In this document: piece by piece, positions 15,515 through 24,357 of the stretch
How positions within the stretch are numbered: position 1 is the first letter of the stretch
Layout: each line of letters begins with the position of its first letter
Source of the DNA: an uncultured Lachnospiraceae bacterium
GTDB lineage: Bacteria > Bacillota > Clostridia > Lachnospirales > Lachnospiraceae
NCBI GenBank assembly: GCA_947565255.1
Contig: CANOFI010000001.1
Coordinates: forward strand, 1-33,039
DNA: 33,039 bases
Reading direction: 5' to 3'
Notes under the pieces: generated by a model
What the model was told of the DNA's origin: nothing
Database searches by the model: none
Seen by the model: the letters and a program-made list of their open reading frames with translations, nothing else
Program-made: the position numbers and the translations under genes

Positions 15515-15763
15515 TTATACCGTCAGTCTTTCCAGTAATTGAAGCGCATCTGCTATCGTAAGCACCTTAAGCGCTTCTTCCTCTTCCAGTTCCACATCAA
15601 ACGTATCCTCCAGCTCGCCTAAAAAAGACATAAAATCAAGAGAGCTGAATCCCAGATCCTCCCGGAATCTCATTTCATTTTCCATTTCCTCCGGCTCCAC
15701 ATTACAATACTGGGCTACAATTTCCTTAAACTGCATTTCCTTTGTCAAAACATTTTCCTCCAT
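15515..15763 (-). CDS. Acyl/peptidyl carrier protein
   Basis: An 82-aa acidic protein with the phosphopantetheine-site-like motif DLGFSSLDFMSF. Confidence 0.7.
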   Translation of the reverse strand: MEENVLTKEMQFKEIVAQYCNVEPEEMENEMRFREDLGFSSLDFMSFLGELEDTFDVELEEEEALKVLTIADALQLLERLTV

Positions 15764-15777
15764 TTCTTTTTCTGCAT

Positions 15778-17163
15778 TTATACCTGCTCCATGATGTCTC
15801 CGATGCTCATATCCGGCTCTGCAATTCCTTTAAAAAGTATACGCATCATGTAATAATACAAAAGCTCCATATCATGCTCTTCTAACTGGGCTGTCTGATA
15901 GTGATAGGAAAAATTCATTCCTCCATGCTCAGTATGTGATACGGTCAGATACATTTTTTTTGTCGCCGCACCGTTTGCAAACCATTTTGAATGCTGCGCA
16001 ATATTGACAAGATGCGGATTGTCCATCTTCACCGGCATCGGCTGATAGGTGAGATAGCAGCTCTCATACGTTGTATGTTCCGGCGTATGGTACCGTTTTC
16101 TCATCTCTTCCTCTATGAGAGCGGGGTCGTAATTGCTGTGCATGTAAATCCGGTTCTGCACATTCTGGATTTCGTATGCCGCCGCCAGAAATTCAGTTTC
16201 CGGAGAAATCACTGTCCTGCACGGGAACATAATCGTTCTGCTCCCGCCGGAAGTCCACTCGTCGTGGGTGGAACGTCTTGAAATAAAATTCTGAATCGTA
16301 ATGTCTTCCTGTCCGTTATTGACTTTCGACAAATACGTTCGGATTGAAAGCAGTAAAAGATTTGTCATGGAAATTTGATGATTCATACAAAAATCAATCA
16401 GATTACGCGTCGGCTCCGGCTCTAAATAATAATCCTTCACCTGTACAAACAAGTTTTCAAGTTCTATATCCGCTGCCCTTAGCTTCGGATTGCCATGCCG
16501 TTTTCTTGCCTCCTCGAGAACAGACGGCCCCTGAATATCGGAATAAAGCGGTTCGCCCAGCGCGTCCAGACGATCTTCCCAGAACTTCTTATCTTTGGCA
16601 AACCGTTTCTCGTTGCCTGCTTTTTGCAAATCCTTCACAAGCACCGCTTCAAAATCCGCCATATCCTGAGGATACGCCGACTTGAATCTGTAATGTGTGT
16701 AAAGCTGCATCAGATCATTAATCATTACAACCAGACCGCTCGAATCAATCAGTCTGTGGTCCATATGGATAAAAAACCCATTGTAACCTTCTGGAAGCTT
16801 TACCATCGTCACATCGCACAGCGGAATATTATCCTTATCAAATGTCTCATACGCCCATTTCTGCATAAGGTCATCTGCCTGTGCCAGACTCATTCCCGAT
16901 AAATCCTTAATCGGGATGTCCCTTGTTTCTTTTTCTGCAATATACTGCTTTACTTCCCCATTTTCGTCCGGCTTCGTAAAACGCACGCGCATACATCCGT
17001 ACCGCTCAAATTCCAGCTGAATACATTTTTTCAAAAGCCCGAAATCCAGGGCCGACTTCAAAGAAGCCACAACGCTGACGCCCGACACCTGCTGTGTCTT
17101 ATACCTTAAAATCCAGTTATGATGCAATTTTTGTGCTGCCGTTAAAGGATAATATTTTCTCAT
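15778..17163 (-). CDS. Stand-alone NRPS-type condensation-domain protein
   Basis: It begins YPLTAAQ and carries a variant of the HHxxxDG catalytic motif (HMDHRLIDSSG). The size is about 460 aa. Confidence 0.7.
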   Translation of the reverse strand: MRKYYPLTAAQKLHHNWILRYKTQQVSGVSVVASLKSALDFGLLKKCIQLEFERYGCMRVRFTKPDENGEVKQYIAEKETRDIPIKDLSGMSLAQADDLMQKWAYETFDKDNIPLCDVTMVKLPEGYNGFFIHMDHRLIDSSGLVVMINDLMQLYTHYRFKSAYPQDMADFEAVLVKDLQKAGNEKRFAKDKKFWEDRLDALGEPLYSDIQGPSVLEEARKRHGNPKLRAADIELENLFVQVKDYYLEPEPTRNLIDFCMNHQISMTNLLLLSIRTYLSKVNNGQEDITIQNFISRRSTHDEWTSGGSRTIMFPCRTVISPETEFLAAAYEIQNVQNRIYMHSNYDPALIEEEMRKRYHTPEHTTYESCYLTYQPMPVKMDNPHLVNIAQHSKWFANGAATKKMYLTVSHTEHGGMNFSYHYQTAQLEEHDMELLYYYMMRILFKGIAEPDMSIGDIMEQV

Positions 17164-17272
17164 CTATAACTCCTCCTGCTTCCTTCCTTCTCCACCCAAA
17201 TTAACACATTCTGTTTTATATTTCTACCCCTCTTTGGACCTAACAGACATATTACATAAAATTGACCAAGAC

Positions 17273-18238
17273 TTACCAGGTTCTCTCAAAAAACTCCAAC
17301 AGCTTTTTCCGGTACAGTTCCGGATTTTCATATGCACTGCTGATATGCTTTGCCCCCGGTATGATAACAAGCTCTTTCGGCGCCTGGCATAACTTATAAT
17401 TGTCCTCTGAGTTAGACGGATATACATAAGTATCTCCCGAACCGTGAAAAAATAAAACCGGTCTTTTATTTTTCTTCATGGCATCCGCCGTATCCGCATC
17501 CTTCATACGAAAACCGGCAAAAAATGCACAGAACAAATCAAGCCGGAACAGCAGCAGGCCAATCCATTTTAAATGAAACCAGTTTGCGGCCATATCCTGG
17601 ACCTGCCCTTTCATGGAACGAAACCCGCAGTCCGCAATGATTCCCTTTACCTCCTCTGGCAATGCCAGCCCTGACGCCATAAGCACGGTCGCCGCCCCCA
17701 TCGATTCCCCAAAAAGATATATGGGCAGCTTTTTCTCATTTCGTTTTGCTATAAAGTATGTCCACTTTTGCACATCATACTTCTCCATTGCCCCGAATGT
17801 AATATACTCCCCCTGGCTTCCCCCGCAGCACCTCTGGTCAATAAAAAGAAGGTTACAGTGGTTCTCATGAAGAAACCTCGCAATATTTGCAAAATCTCCA
17901 AATCCACTTCCTTTGTATCCATGGCTGAGCACGACAAACCTCTTTGCATCCTCAGCCGGAAAATAATATGCGTGCAGCATAAGACCGTCCCTGCTTCGGA
18001 TATACCGGTCCTGCATCGTCTGCTGCCTGCACCATGCCTTTCCTTCTTCATACTCCTTCTCATATTTATTTCTCGGATGATTGTTTTTGATATGGGATAA
18101 TGCAAACCATTTCTTCTTAAACAGCTTTTTCTGCCCTCTGTAATGAATCATCATCTCAAAAAATGACCAGCCCGGTACCATAAATATGCCAAATGCCAGA
18201 CCGGCCGCTGCGGGAATTTTCAAAATCTTTTTTTTCAT
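17273..18238 (-). CDS. Alpha/beta-fold hydrolase with an N-terminal membrane anchor
   Basis: The nucleophile elbow is GESMGA, with HGYKGS upstream and HGSGDTYV downstream. The likely start is MKKKILKIPAAAG (18238) rather than the track start 18367. Confidence 0.7.
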   Translation of the reverse strand: MKKKILKIPAAAGLAFGIFMVPGWSFFEMMIHYRGQKKLFKKKWFALSHIKNNHPRNKYEKEYEEGKAWCRQQTMQDRYIRSRDGLMLHAYYFPAEDAKRFVVLSHGYKGSGFGDFANIARFLHENHCNLLFIDQRCCGGSQGEYITFGAMEKYDVQKWTYFIAKRNEKKLPIYLFGESMGAATVLMASGLALPEEVKGIIADCGFRSMKGQVQDMAANWFHLKWIGLLLFRLDLFCAFFAGFRMKDADTADAMKKNKRPVLFFHGSGDTYVYPSNSEDNYKLCQAPKELVIIPGAKHISSAYENPELYRKKLLEFFERTW

Positions 18239-18533
18239 ACTAAAATTCAGCCTCCATGTTTTATTTTGAGCTCCGGCACCCTGTACAGAGCATTTCCGGA
18301 CCCGTTCTATCTGTCCCTTTTCATATGCCTTCAAGTACGCCTTCCAGGATACTGGTGGCACATACACACAAAGGAGCTGTCACACCAGGCACTATACCGC
18401 AGAATAGGTATCCTATAGATACTACATATAGTGGTTACAACAACATCCTGCGGTATATGCCATAAGCGCAACAACCCCTTGCAAAAATGGCTCAAAACTT
18501 CTATTTGTTTTTCTCAACCCTTCAACGACTCTC

Positions 18534-19364
18534 CTATCGAACAAAAAACTGCACAGCCGCATCATTCGTTTCCTTTGAAAAATTCGTAGCCTTTATCATG
18601 GCCTGCTCTTCCTGGTCTCCCTTCACAGCCGTCCTGGTTCCTCCCTGTAATTCGCTTATTTTCGCCTGCCTTGCTTCTTTCATCGCTTTGTTGGCTTCGC
18701 CTAACACAGAAAACTGGGAAGCCGATGCCTTCTGCATCTTATCCTCCTGCTTTTGAAGCTCCGCCTTCTTATCCTCTGTATCAATGCCGCGGGCCTCATC
18801 CTGCCTGATCTCCCCTTTAAGAATGGCAATGGCATCCTTCATTCTGGTAATGACTCTTCTCTGCTGTTTCGCCTGTTCTATGCCGGAATCCCCTGTGACA
18901 GCAGCCGCTGTCTCTTTTCTGGAAACTTCGGTATCTGTCTCTTCTCTCTTATCATCCTTATCCCTGGATGGAACGTCAATATTTTCTAACTTCCGAACAG
19001 GATTCTCCTGATTTGTCCGGTCCTCAATACTTTTTTCTTTATTGTCCGCAGCTTTCTCATCATCTCCGGCAGGACGTACTTCCCCTGACAGGGCTTCTTT
19101 TTTCTGTTCTTTCTGAACCTGTTCCTGACGCATCCTTAACTGCGTATTCAAGCTGCTTATCTCCTGCTGCAGCTCCTGGTCTTTTTTCATCTTTTCCTTA
19201 GCGGATATGTCCTCTTTTGAAGAAAGTTTCTGCTTCTGCCGCTCTGCACTCGTAATCTGATTCTGAATATTCTTGCTGACAGAATCTGACGGCTGCACGG
19301 CTGCTCTCTGTCCGCCTGATACGCTTCCTATCGCTCCTATACCGCCTATTCCCATAACTTCCAT
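18534..19364 (-). CDS. Low-complexity coiled-coil protein, FlxA-like
   Basis: A Gly-rich N-terminus is followed by Q/E/K-rich heptad-like segments (DISAKEKMKKDQELQQEISSLNTQL). The family assignment is tentative. Confidence 0.4.
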   Translation of the reverse strand: MEVMGIGGIGAIGSVSGGQRAAVQPSDSVSKNIQNQITSAERQKQKLSSKEDISAKEKMKKDQELQQEISSLNTQLRMRQEQVQKEQKKEALSGEVRPAGDDEKAADNKEKSIEDRTNQENPVRKLENIDVPSRDKDDKREETDTEVSRKETAAAVTGDSGIEQAKQQRRVITRMKDAIAILKGEIRQDEARGIDTEDKKAELQKQEDKMQKASASQFSVLGEANKAMKEARQAKISELQGGTRTAVKGDQEEQAMIKATNFSKETNDAAVQFFVR

Positions 19365-19435
19365 CCCCTTTCCCGAAAATCAGATTCTTTTCGTTTCTGC
19401 TATGCTGTAAAAATTTACCTAATGTATCACTTTTT

Positions 19436-19464
19436 ATTATACACAAATAATCGAAAAAAATCAA
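19436..19464 (-). promoter_or_regulatory. Sigma-70 promoter (TTGATT-17 nt-TATAAT) for the FlxA-like gene
   Basis: On the minus strand TTGATT is at 19459-19464 and TATAAT at 19436-19441, with a 17-nt spacer. Confidence 0.5.
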
Positions 19465-19563
19465 TCATTTTTTTGTAAGAAACTAACAAAGTTTTTGTTT
19501 CTGTTTACATTATTGTCCATTTCATTTTCGAGGAGCCTTTGCCTTTTTTACACTTTATTTCTC

Positions 19564-21000
19564 TTACAGTTCATTTTTTATCCCATTGTTTTTGCACGCT
19601 GCCTCCTGTACAATCCGGCAGACCTCGGGATAGGATTTTCCACTTTTCCTGCAAAGAGCCGCCACGCTCTCATATTCCGGATAACAGCGTACCTGCCCTT
19701 TGTGTTTACAGATCTTAACCTGCGCCTTACCAAGCTCTGTATCCACTGTCACAATATGACGTTCTAACACGGTCCGCTCCATATACTGCCTGCGGATACC
19801 GATAGTTGTTGTTTCTGCAAAGATTATTTCTTCCAAAACCGGCACGTCCTTTTTTGCCGCAAGGACATTCAGCTGACAGGCAGGGCGGTTTTTCTTCATG
19901 TAAATGGGCGTATAGTACACATCCCTTGCACCTGCCGCAAACAGCCGGTCCATTACGTAACCAAGCGCCTCACCGGTACAATCGTCAATGTTCGTTTCCA
20001 ACCTGCAAATCCGGTCCTGCGGATTTTTTATTTCTTTTTCTTCAATCAGCATGGCCCGTAAAATACTCGGCCGCTCATATGCCCGCTTTCCGGCGCCCAT
20101 ACCTGCCTTTCGGATAACAAATTTCTCCGGCAGACTGTCTGACGTACGGATTGCCGCCGCAATCGCCGCTCCGGTCGGAGTAACCAGTTCGCCCTTTATA
20201 TCTGTCATTCGGAGATGCAGACCATGTTCGGCTGCAATATTTAAAACGGCCGGAACCGGAACGGGCAAAATGCCATGCTGGCAGCGAACCGTGCCGGTCC
20301 CTTCCGAAAGACATGGAATGATACAGCGCACAATCCCCAAATCGTCCATACATACTGCCGCCGCTATGACATCCACAATGGAATCCACCGCACCAACCTC
20401 ATGAAAATGCACTTCTTCCACGGAAACACCGTGCGCCCTGCTTTCTGCCTGTGCAAGAATCTGAAAAATCCGCTCTGCCAGAGCCTTTGCACCCGGAGTC
20501 AGGGATGCCTGGTCTATTATATGCAAAATATCCGCCATATTTCTGTGTGCATGGTGATGTCCCTCATGTGCATGGCGGTGTTTCTCGCGCGCATTATGTA
20601 AACCATCCTGTGTATGTCCATGCAGCCCCGGTTCCTGATGGTTCTCTTTATGAATATGCTCATTCTGTCCGTCGTGCACATGACCGTGCAACTCCGGTTC
20701 CTGTTGGTTCTCTTTATGAATATGCTCATTCTGTCCGTCGTGCACATGACCATACAGATATTCCATGTCATGGTCATGGTTTTCCTCCTCCAGCACCACC
20801 TCAAAATCGCACATATCCAGTCCGGCCTTCTTCACTCTGCTGATTTTCACCTGAAAGCCTGAGAGCGGAAGGCTTCCCAATACCTGCTCCAGTTTTTTTG
20901 CATCTGCCCCTAAATCGAGCAGTGCCGCCACCGTCATATCCCCGCTGATTCCGGAATGACACTCCAGATACAGTGTATTTTCCTGTTCTCTATTCACCTG
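19564..21000 (-). CDS. larC: LarC, nickel insertion protein for the nickel-pincer nucleotide (NPN) cofactor, with a duplicated His-rich insert
   Basis: The N-terminal signature is LYLECHSGISGDM. It follows larB. I favour a GTG start at 21000, which has GGGGG upstream and overlaps the larB stop. The track ORF extends to 21087. Confidence 0.75.
   Translation of the reverse strand, partial: QVNREQENTLYLECHSGISGDMTVAALLDLGADAKKLEQVLGSLPLSGFQVKISRVKKAGLDMCDFEVVLEEENHDHDMEYLYGHVHDGQNEHIHKENQQEPELHGHVHDGQNEHIHKENHQEPGLHGHTQDGLHNAREKHRHAHEGHHHAHRNMADILHIIDQASLTPGAKALAERIFQILAQAESRAHGVSVEEVHFHEVGAVDSIVDVIAAAVCMDDLGIVRCIIPCLSEGTGTVRCQHGILPVPVPAVLNIAAEHGLHLRMTDIKGELVTPTGAAIAAAIRTSDSLPEKFVIRKAGMGAGKRAYERPSILRAMLIEEKEIKNPQDRICRLETNIDDCTGEALGYVMDRLFAAGARDVYYTPIYMKKNRPACQLNVLAAKKDVPVLEEIIFAETTTIGIRRQYMERTVLERHIVTVDTELGKAQVKICKHKGQVRCYPEYESVAALCRKSGKSYPEVCRIVQEAACKNNGIKNEL
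20628..20759. repeat. 66-bp tandem duplication (2 copies, about 60/66 identical) inside larC encoding GHVHDGQNEHIHKEN(Q/H)QEP(E/G)LH
   Basis: Copies 20628-20693 and 20694-20759 were aligned by eye. Both are in frame. Confidence 0.8.
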
Positions 21001-21742
21001 ACCGTACCCCCAGTCTGTTAATCTGCGAAGCAATATATCCTGCTCCATAACCATTGTCAATATTGACCACTGCAATTCCGTTCGCACAGGAATTAATCAT
21101 CGTAAGAAGCGCCGATAAGCCTTTCATATTCGCCCCATAGCCTACCGATGTCGGCACCGCAATCACGGGCTTGTCCACCAGGCCTCCGATTACGCTGGCA
21201 AGGGCCCCCTCCATGCCGGCCACGGCAACGACACAGTTTGCCCGGCGGATTTCCTCTGTCTTTGCCAGCAGACGGTGAATGCCGCTGACTCCGACGTCGT
21301 AGACACGCACAACTGCATTTCCAAAATATTCCGCCGTCTGCGCCGCTTCCTCTGCCACCGGAATATCCGCCGTTCCAGCCGTGCAGACTGCAATCAGTCC
21401 CCGCTGCTTCTTACCCGGCTTTTCTATTTTTAAAATATGCGAAACCGAATCATATTGAATTTGTAAAAGCGCATTTCTCAAGAATTCGTACTGGTCTTTG
21501 GAAGCCCTCGTTCCGAGAACCTCTCCATTTTCCTGATATAAATTTTCATATATTTTCAGGAGATGTTCATCCGTTTTGCCGCTGCAATACACGACCTCTG
21601 GAAAGCCGGAACGCAACTCCCGGCAGGTATCCAGCTTGGCATATCCCATATCCTCAAACGGTTTTTTCTGAAAATAATTTTCTGCCTCCTCAATGGATAA
21701 TTCGCCACTTCTTACTTTTTCCAATGCTTCTTTTATTTCCAT
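20990..21742 (-). CDS. larB: LarB, pyridinium-3,5-biscarboxylic acid mononucleotide synthase (PurE/NCAIR-mutase-like)
   Basis: The PurE-like core GLIAVCTAGTADIPVAEEA...VAGMEGALASV is present. The protein is 250 aa and lies between the Ni transporter genes and larC. Confidence 0.75.
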   Translation of the reverse strand: MEIKEALEKVRSGELSIEEAENYFQKKPFEDMGYAKLDTCRELRSGFPEVVYCSGKTDEHLLKIYENLYQENGEVLGTRASKDQYEFLRNALLQIQYDSVSHILKIEKPGKKQRGLIAVCTAGTADIPVAEEAAQTAEYFGNAVVRVYDVGVSGIHRLLAKTEEIRRANCVVAVAGMEGALASVIGGLVDKPVIAVPTSVGYGANMKGLSALLTMINSCANGIAVVNIDNGYGAGYIASQINRLGVRSGE

Positions 21743-21764
21743 GCCTGCTCTCTGCCTTTCTATC

Positions 21765-22502
21765 TTAATTCATAAACCGAAAACTCAGCGGAAGCCGAAG
21801 ACCGTTCGCCTCCAAAAGCTCCCTGTTTCGCAACACTTCCTTTGTATCCCCGTCAAATGCAATTCTGCCGCCGGACAGAAGCACCGTCCGCTCACAGGTA
21901 TCATAAATAAAGTCCAAATCATGCGAAGCGATGATTTTCACACCCTTCAAATCCCGTATAATCTCAATTAAATTTTCACGATTAGAAGGATCCAGCGCCG
22001 CCGACGGCTCATCCATCAGCAAAATATCCGAACCGATTGCAAGTATGCCCGCTATGGAAACAAGTTTTTTCTCTCCGCCGGACAGGCGGTAAATCTGTCT
22101 GTCAGCCAGGTTCTCTATGCGTGTCTGGCACAATGCCTTTTCTACCCGCATTTTTACCTCGTCTTCCTTCATCCCGTAATTCAGCGGCCCGAACGCTACA
22201 TCCTCATATACCGTATTCATAAATAACTGGCTGTCCGAGTCCTGAAACACATACCCGAGCTTCTTTCGAATCTGGTCAAGATTTTGTTTCTGCACGGCGA
22301 ATCCGTCCACACAGGCCTTCCCTTCATATTCCAAAAGAAGCCCGGTTAAAATCTTTAAAAGGGTGGATTTTCCCACCCCATTCGGCCCGATAATTCCGAC
22401 CGACTGTCCGTCCTCCACGGACATGCACAAATCCTTTAATACATACTCCGGCTGCTGCCTTTTATACCGAAACATCAAATGCTGTAATTCAATTCTGCTC
22501 AC
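21765..22502 (-). CDS. cbiO: ECF/CbiO-type ABC ATPase of the Ni/Co transporter (LarO-like)
   Basis: Walker A GPNGVGKST, the signature LSGGEKK and Walker B LLMDEP are present. The GTG start at 22502 has an AGGAGGG ribosome-binding site and forms a GTGA overlap with the cbiQ stop. The long N-terminal extension in the track ORF is spurious. Confidence 0.8.
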   Translation of the reverse strand: MSRIELQHLMFRYKRQQPEYVLKDLCMSVEDGQSVGIIGPNGVGKSTLLKILTGLLLEYEGKACVDGFAVQKQNLDQIRKKLGYVFQDSDSQLFMNTVYEDVAFGPLNYGMKEDEVKMRVEKALCQTRIENLADRQIYRLSGGEKKLVSIAGILAIGSDILLMDEPSAALDPSNRENLIEIIRDLKGVKIIASHDLDFIYDTCERTVLLSGGRIAFDGDTKEVLRNRELLEANGLRLPLSFRFMN

Positions 22503-23296
22503 AACAACCCTCCTGCAATGTAAAAAATCGGAAACTTCCGCAAAACAAATAACGCAATCCCCCAGCTTACCGCATACACAATGCTTGTCCGCATCCTCCA
22601 GCGCCGTTTCAAAAACGGAAATTCTCCCTGAAATCCACGAAGCGTCATACTGTCGAACACCTGTTCCGCCCGTTCCATACTCCGAAGCAGCATCTGCCCG
22701 GCAAAGGAACCCCAGGCCCGCATTTGCACGCCCTTCTGTCCCGGCGCCCGCAAAAGATACGCCTGCCGCATTCTTGCCGCCTCTTTCAGCATAAGTACCA
22801 GATAACGGTAAATCAAAAGCACCAGCGTCACCAGAATGCCCGGCACATGCATGATTCGGAGGGCATGGCACATCCCATTCACCGTTGTTCCTGCCATAAG
22901 AAGATAAGCCGCCAAAACCGCAAATCCGGCCTTTAAAAAAAGAGACAGCATGGATAACATCCCACCTGTCACGGCAAATCCATGTAAACGAAACAGCACC
23001 TCCCTGTCAAATATGACATTGGCCGCTCCCAGAAGAAAAATACCGAAAAAAAGCAACCGCAGGCGGCGAAACGCTGTTTTTACCGACACCTCTCCGACTA
23101 CAAACAGGATAATCAGATACAAGCTCATTCCTGCCAGCCCAATCAGATTGTATGTATCAAATGACATCACAAGCACAAGGTACCAAAGCGTCACAAGCAC
23201 CTTTGCCAGAGGATGGATATGGCAGAAAAAGCGATTTTCTTCTGCCATATCCTCCATCTGATGAATCGTTTGAATCGCGGAATCCAGTTTATCCAT
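22499..23296 (-). CDS. cbiQ: CbiQ-type transmembrane component of the Ni/Co transporter (LarQ-like)
   Basis: A multi-pass hydrophobic protein between cbiM and cbiO. The start is MDKLDSAIQ. Confidence 0.65.
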   Translation of the reverse strand: MDKLDSAIQTIHQMEDMAEENRFFCHIHPLAKVLVTLWYLVLVMSFDTYNLIGLAGMSLYLIILFVVGEVSVKTAFRRLRLLFFGIFLLGAANVIFDREVLFRLHGFAVTGGMLSMLSLFLKAGFAVLAAYLLMAGTTVNGMCHALRIMHVPGILVTLVLLIYRYLVLMLKEAARMRQAYLLRAPGQKGVQMRAWGSFAGQMLLRSMERAEQVFDSMTLRGFQGEFPFLKRRWRMRTSIVYAVSWGIALFVLRKFPIFYIAGGLL

Positions 23297-24293
23297 GCTG
23301 TTCCTTTCTTCTGAAAAAGCGAAACGCATAACATACTGCCGTGCACACTGCAACCACTATCACACAGCCTGCCAGACCGGACACTGCAGTTCCAGCCGCC
23401 GAATCATCATCCGGCAATGCATAATCCGGCAGAAGGGCTGTCTTATCCTGCACCTGCCCGGCCGTTTTATAAATACTGCCCTCTGCTTCCAGTTCTGTAC
23501 TTCCAGCTACCCGCTCTACAGACCATTCCAGCCCGTCCGGATACTGTGAAGCGAACAAAGACAGTCCTCCCGCCGTCACCGCCGCTACAGCGGCCAGAAC
23601 TGCAAGCACTTTGCGAAAACTCATTCTTTCCTTCGGAGCACACTCCATTATATTTCCGGTCCAAAGCATTTCCGGTCTCGCCTCATATACGAACACCAGT
23701 ACAGCTGCCGTAATCATGCCTTCCACAAGGCCGATTGCAAGATGAATCGGCTGCATTGCCGCGGCAAACACGCCGAAAGGCAGCTCGGTAATGCCGGAAA
23801 AAAGCGTCTGCAGCGTCACAGAAAAAGCGCCCAGCTGAAGTGATACGATACATGCCGCTATTGATGTGCTGATTATTTTTTTACGGGTTACGCCCTTTTT
23901 CATGACCTGCTTCCAGATGAGCAGTCCGCCGGCAAAACAGCCGTAAGCCGCCATATTCCATATGTTGCATCCCAAAGCGAGCAGTCCGCCGTCTGCAAAC
24001 AGCAGGCATTGTATCAGCAAAACTCCTGTCATCGTCAAAAAGCCGGCATATGGCCCCAGTATTCCTGTCAGCAGCATGCTTCCGCATAAATGCCCTGAAG
24101 AACCAGTTCCTGGAATCGTAAAATTAATCATCTGCGCTGCAAACACAAATGCCCCCATTACACCCATCGCTGCAATCTTTTTCGGCTCGTCCTCCATCTT
24201 TACTTTTTTAATGGAATATCCTGCCAAAGCTGCCGAACAGACATACATCGTGCCGGCCACTGCAGGGTTTACCAGCGCATCCGCCATGTGCAT
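23289..24293 (-). CDS. cbiM: CbiM-type substrate-capture permease fused to a PDGLE domain (Lar(MN)-like)
   Basis: The N-terminus is MHMADALV. About six TM helices are followed by a C-terminal ...ASQYPDGLEW motif and a final TM helix. The start at 24293 has a GGAGGG ribosome-binding site. Confidence 0.7.
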   Translation of the reverse strand: MHMADALVNPAVAGTMYVCSAALAGYSIKKVKMEDEPKKIAAMGVMGAFVFAAQMINFTIPGTGSSGHLCGSMLLTGILGPYAGFLTMTGVLLIQCLLFADGGLLALGCNIWNMAAYGCFAGGLLIWKQVMKKGVTRKKIISTSIAACIVSLQLGAFSVTLQTLFSGITELPFGVFAAAMQPIHLAIGLVEGMITAAVLVFVYEARPEMLWTGNIMECAPKERMSFRKVLAVLAAVAAVTAGGLSLFASQYPDGLEWSVERVAGSTELEAEGSIYKTAGQVQDKTALLPDYALPDDDSAAGTAVSGLAGCVIVVAVCTAVCYAFRFFRRKEQHG

Positions 24294-24357
24294 CGTAGTT
24301 CCCTCCATTCTATATTCAAAAATTTGGATTTTTCTGTTTTATCCTATCCTTCCAGTT

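Noticed and set aside
20451-20862. Repetitive ORFs on both strands within larC (for example 20451..20843, 20517..20804, 20614..20862) as possible independent repeat proteins.
   Set aside because: They are alternative-frame readings of the 66-bp tandem duplication inside the well-supported larC frame.
21765-22871. 368-aa version of the ABC ATPase ORF with a 120-aa Ala/Gly-rich N-terminal extension.
   Set aside because: The extension overlaps cbiQ in another frame. A GTG at 22502 with an AGGAGGG ribosome-binding site and a GTGA stop/start overlap gives a canonical CbiO of about 245 aa.
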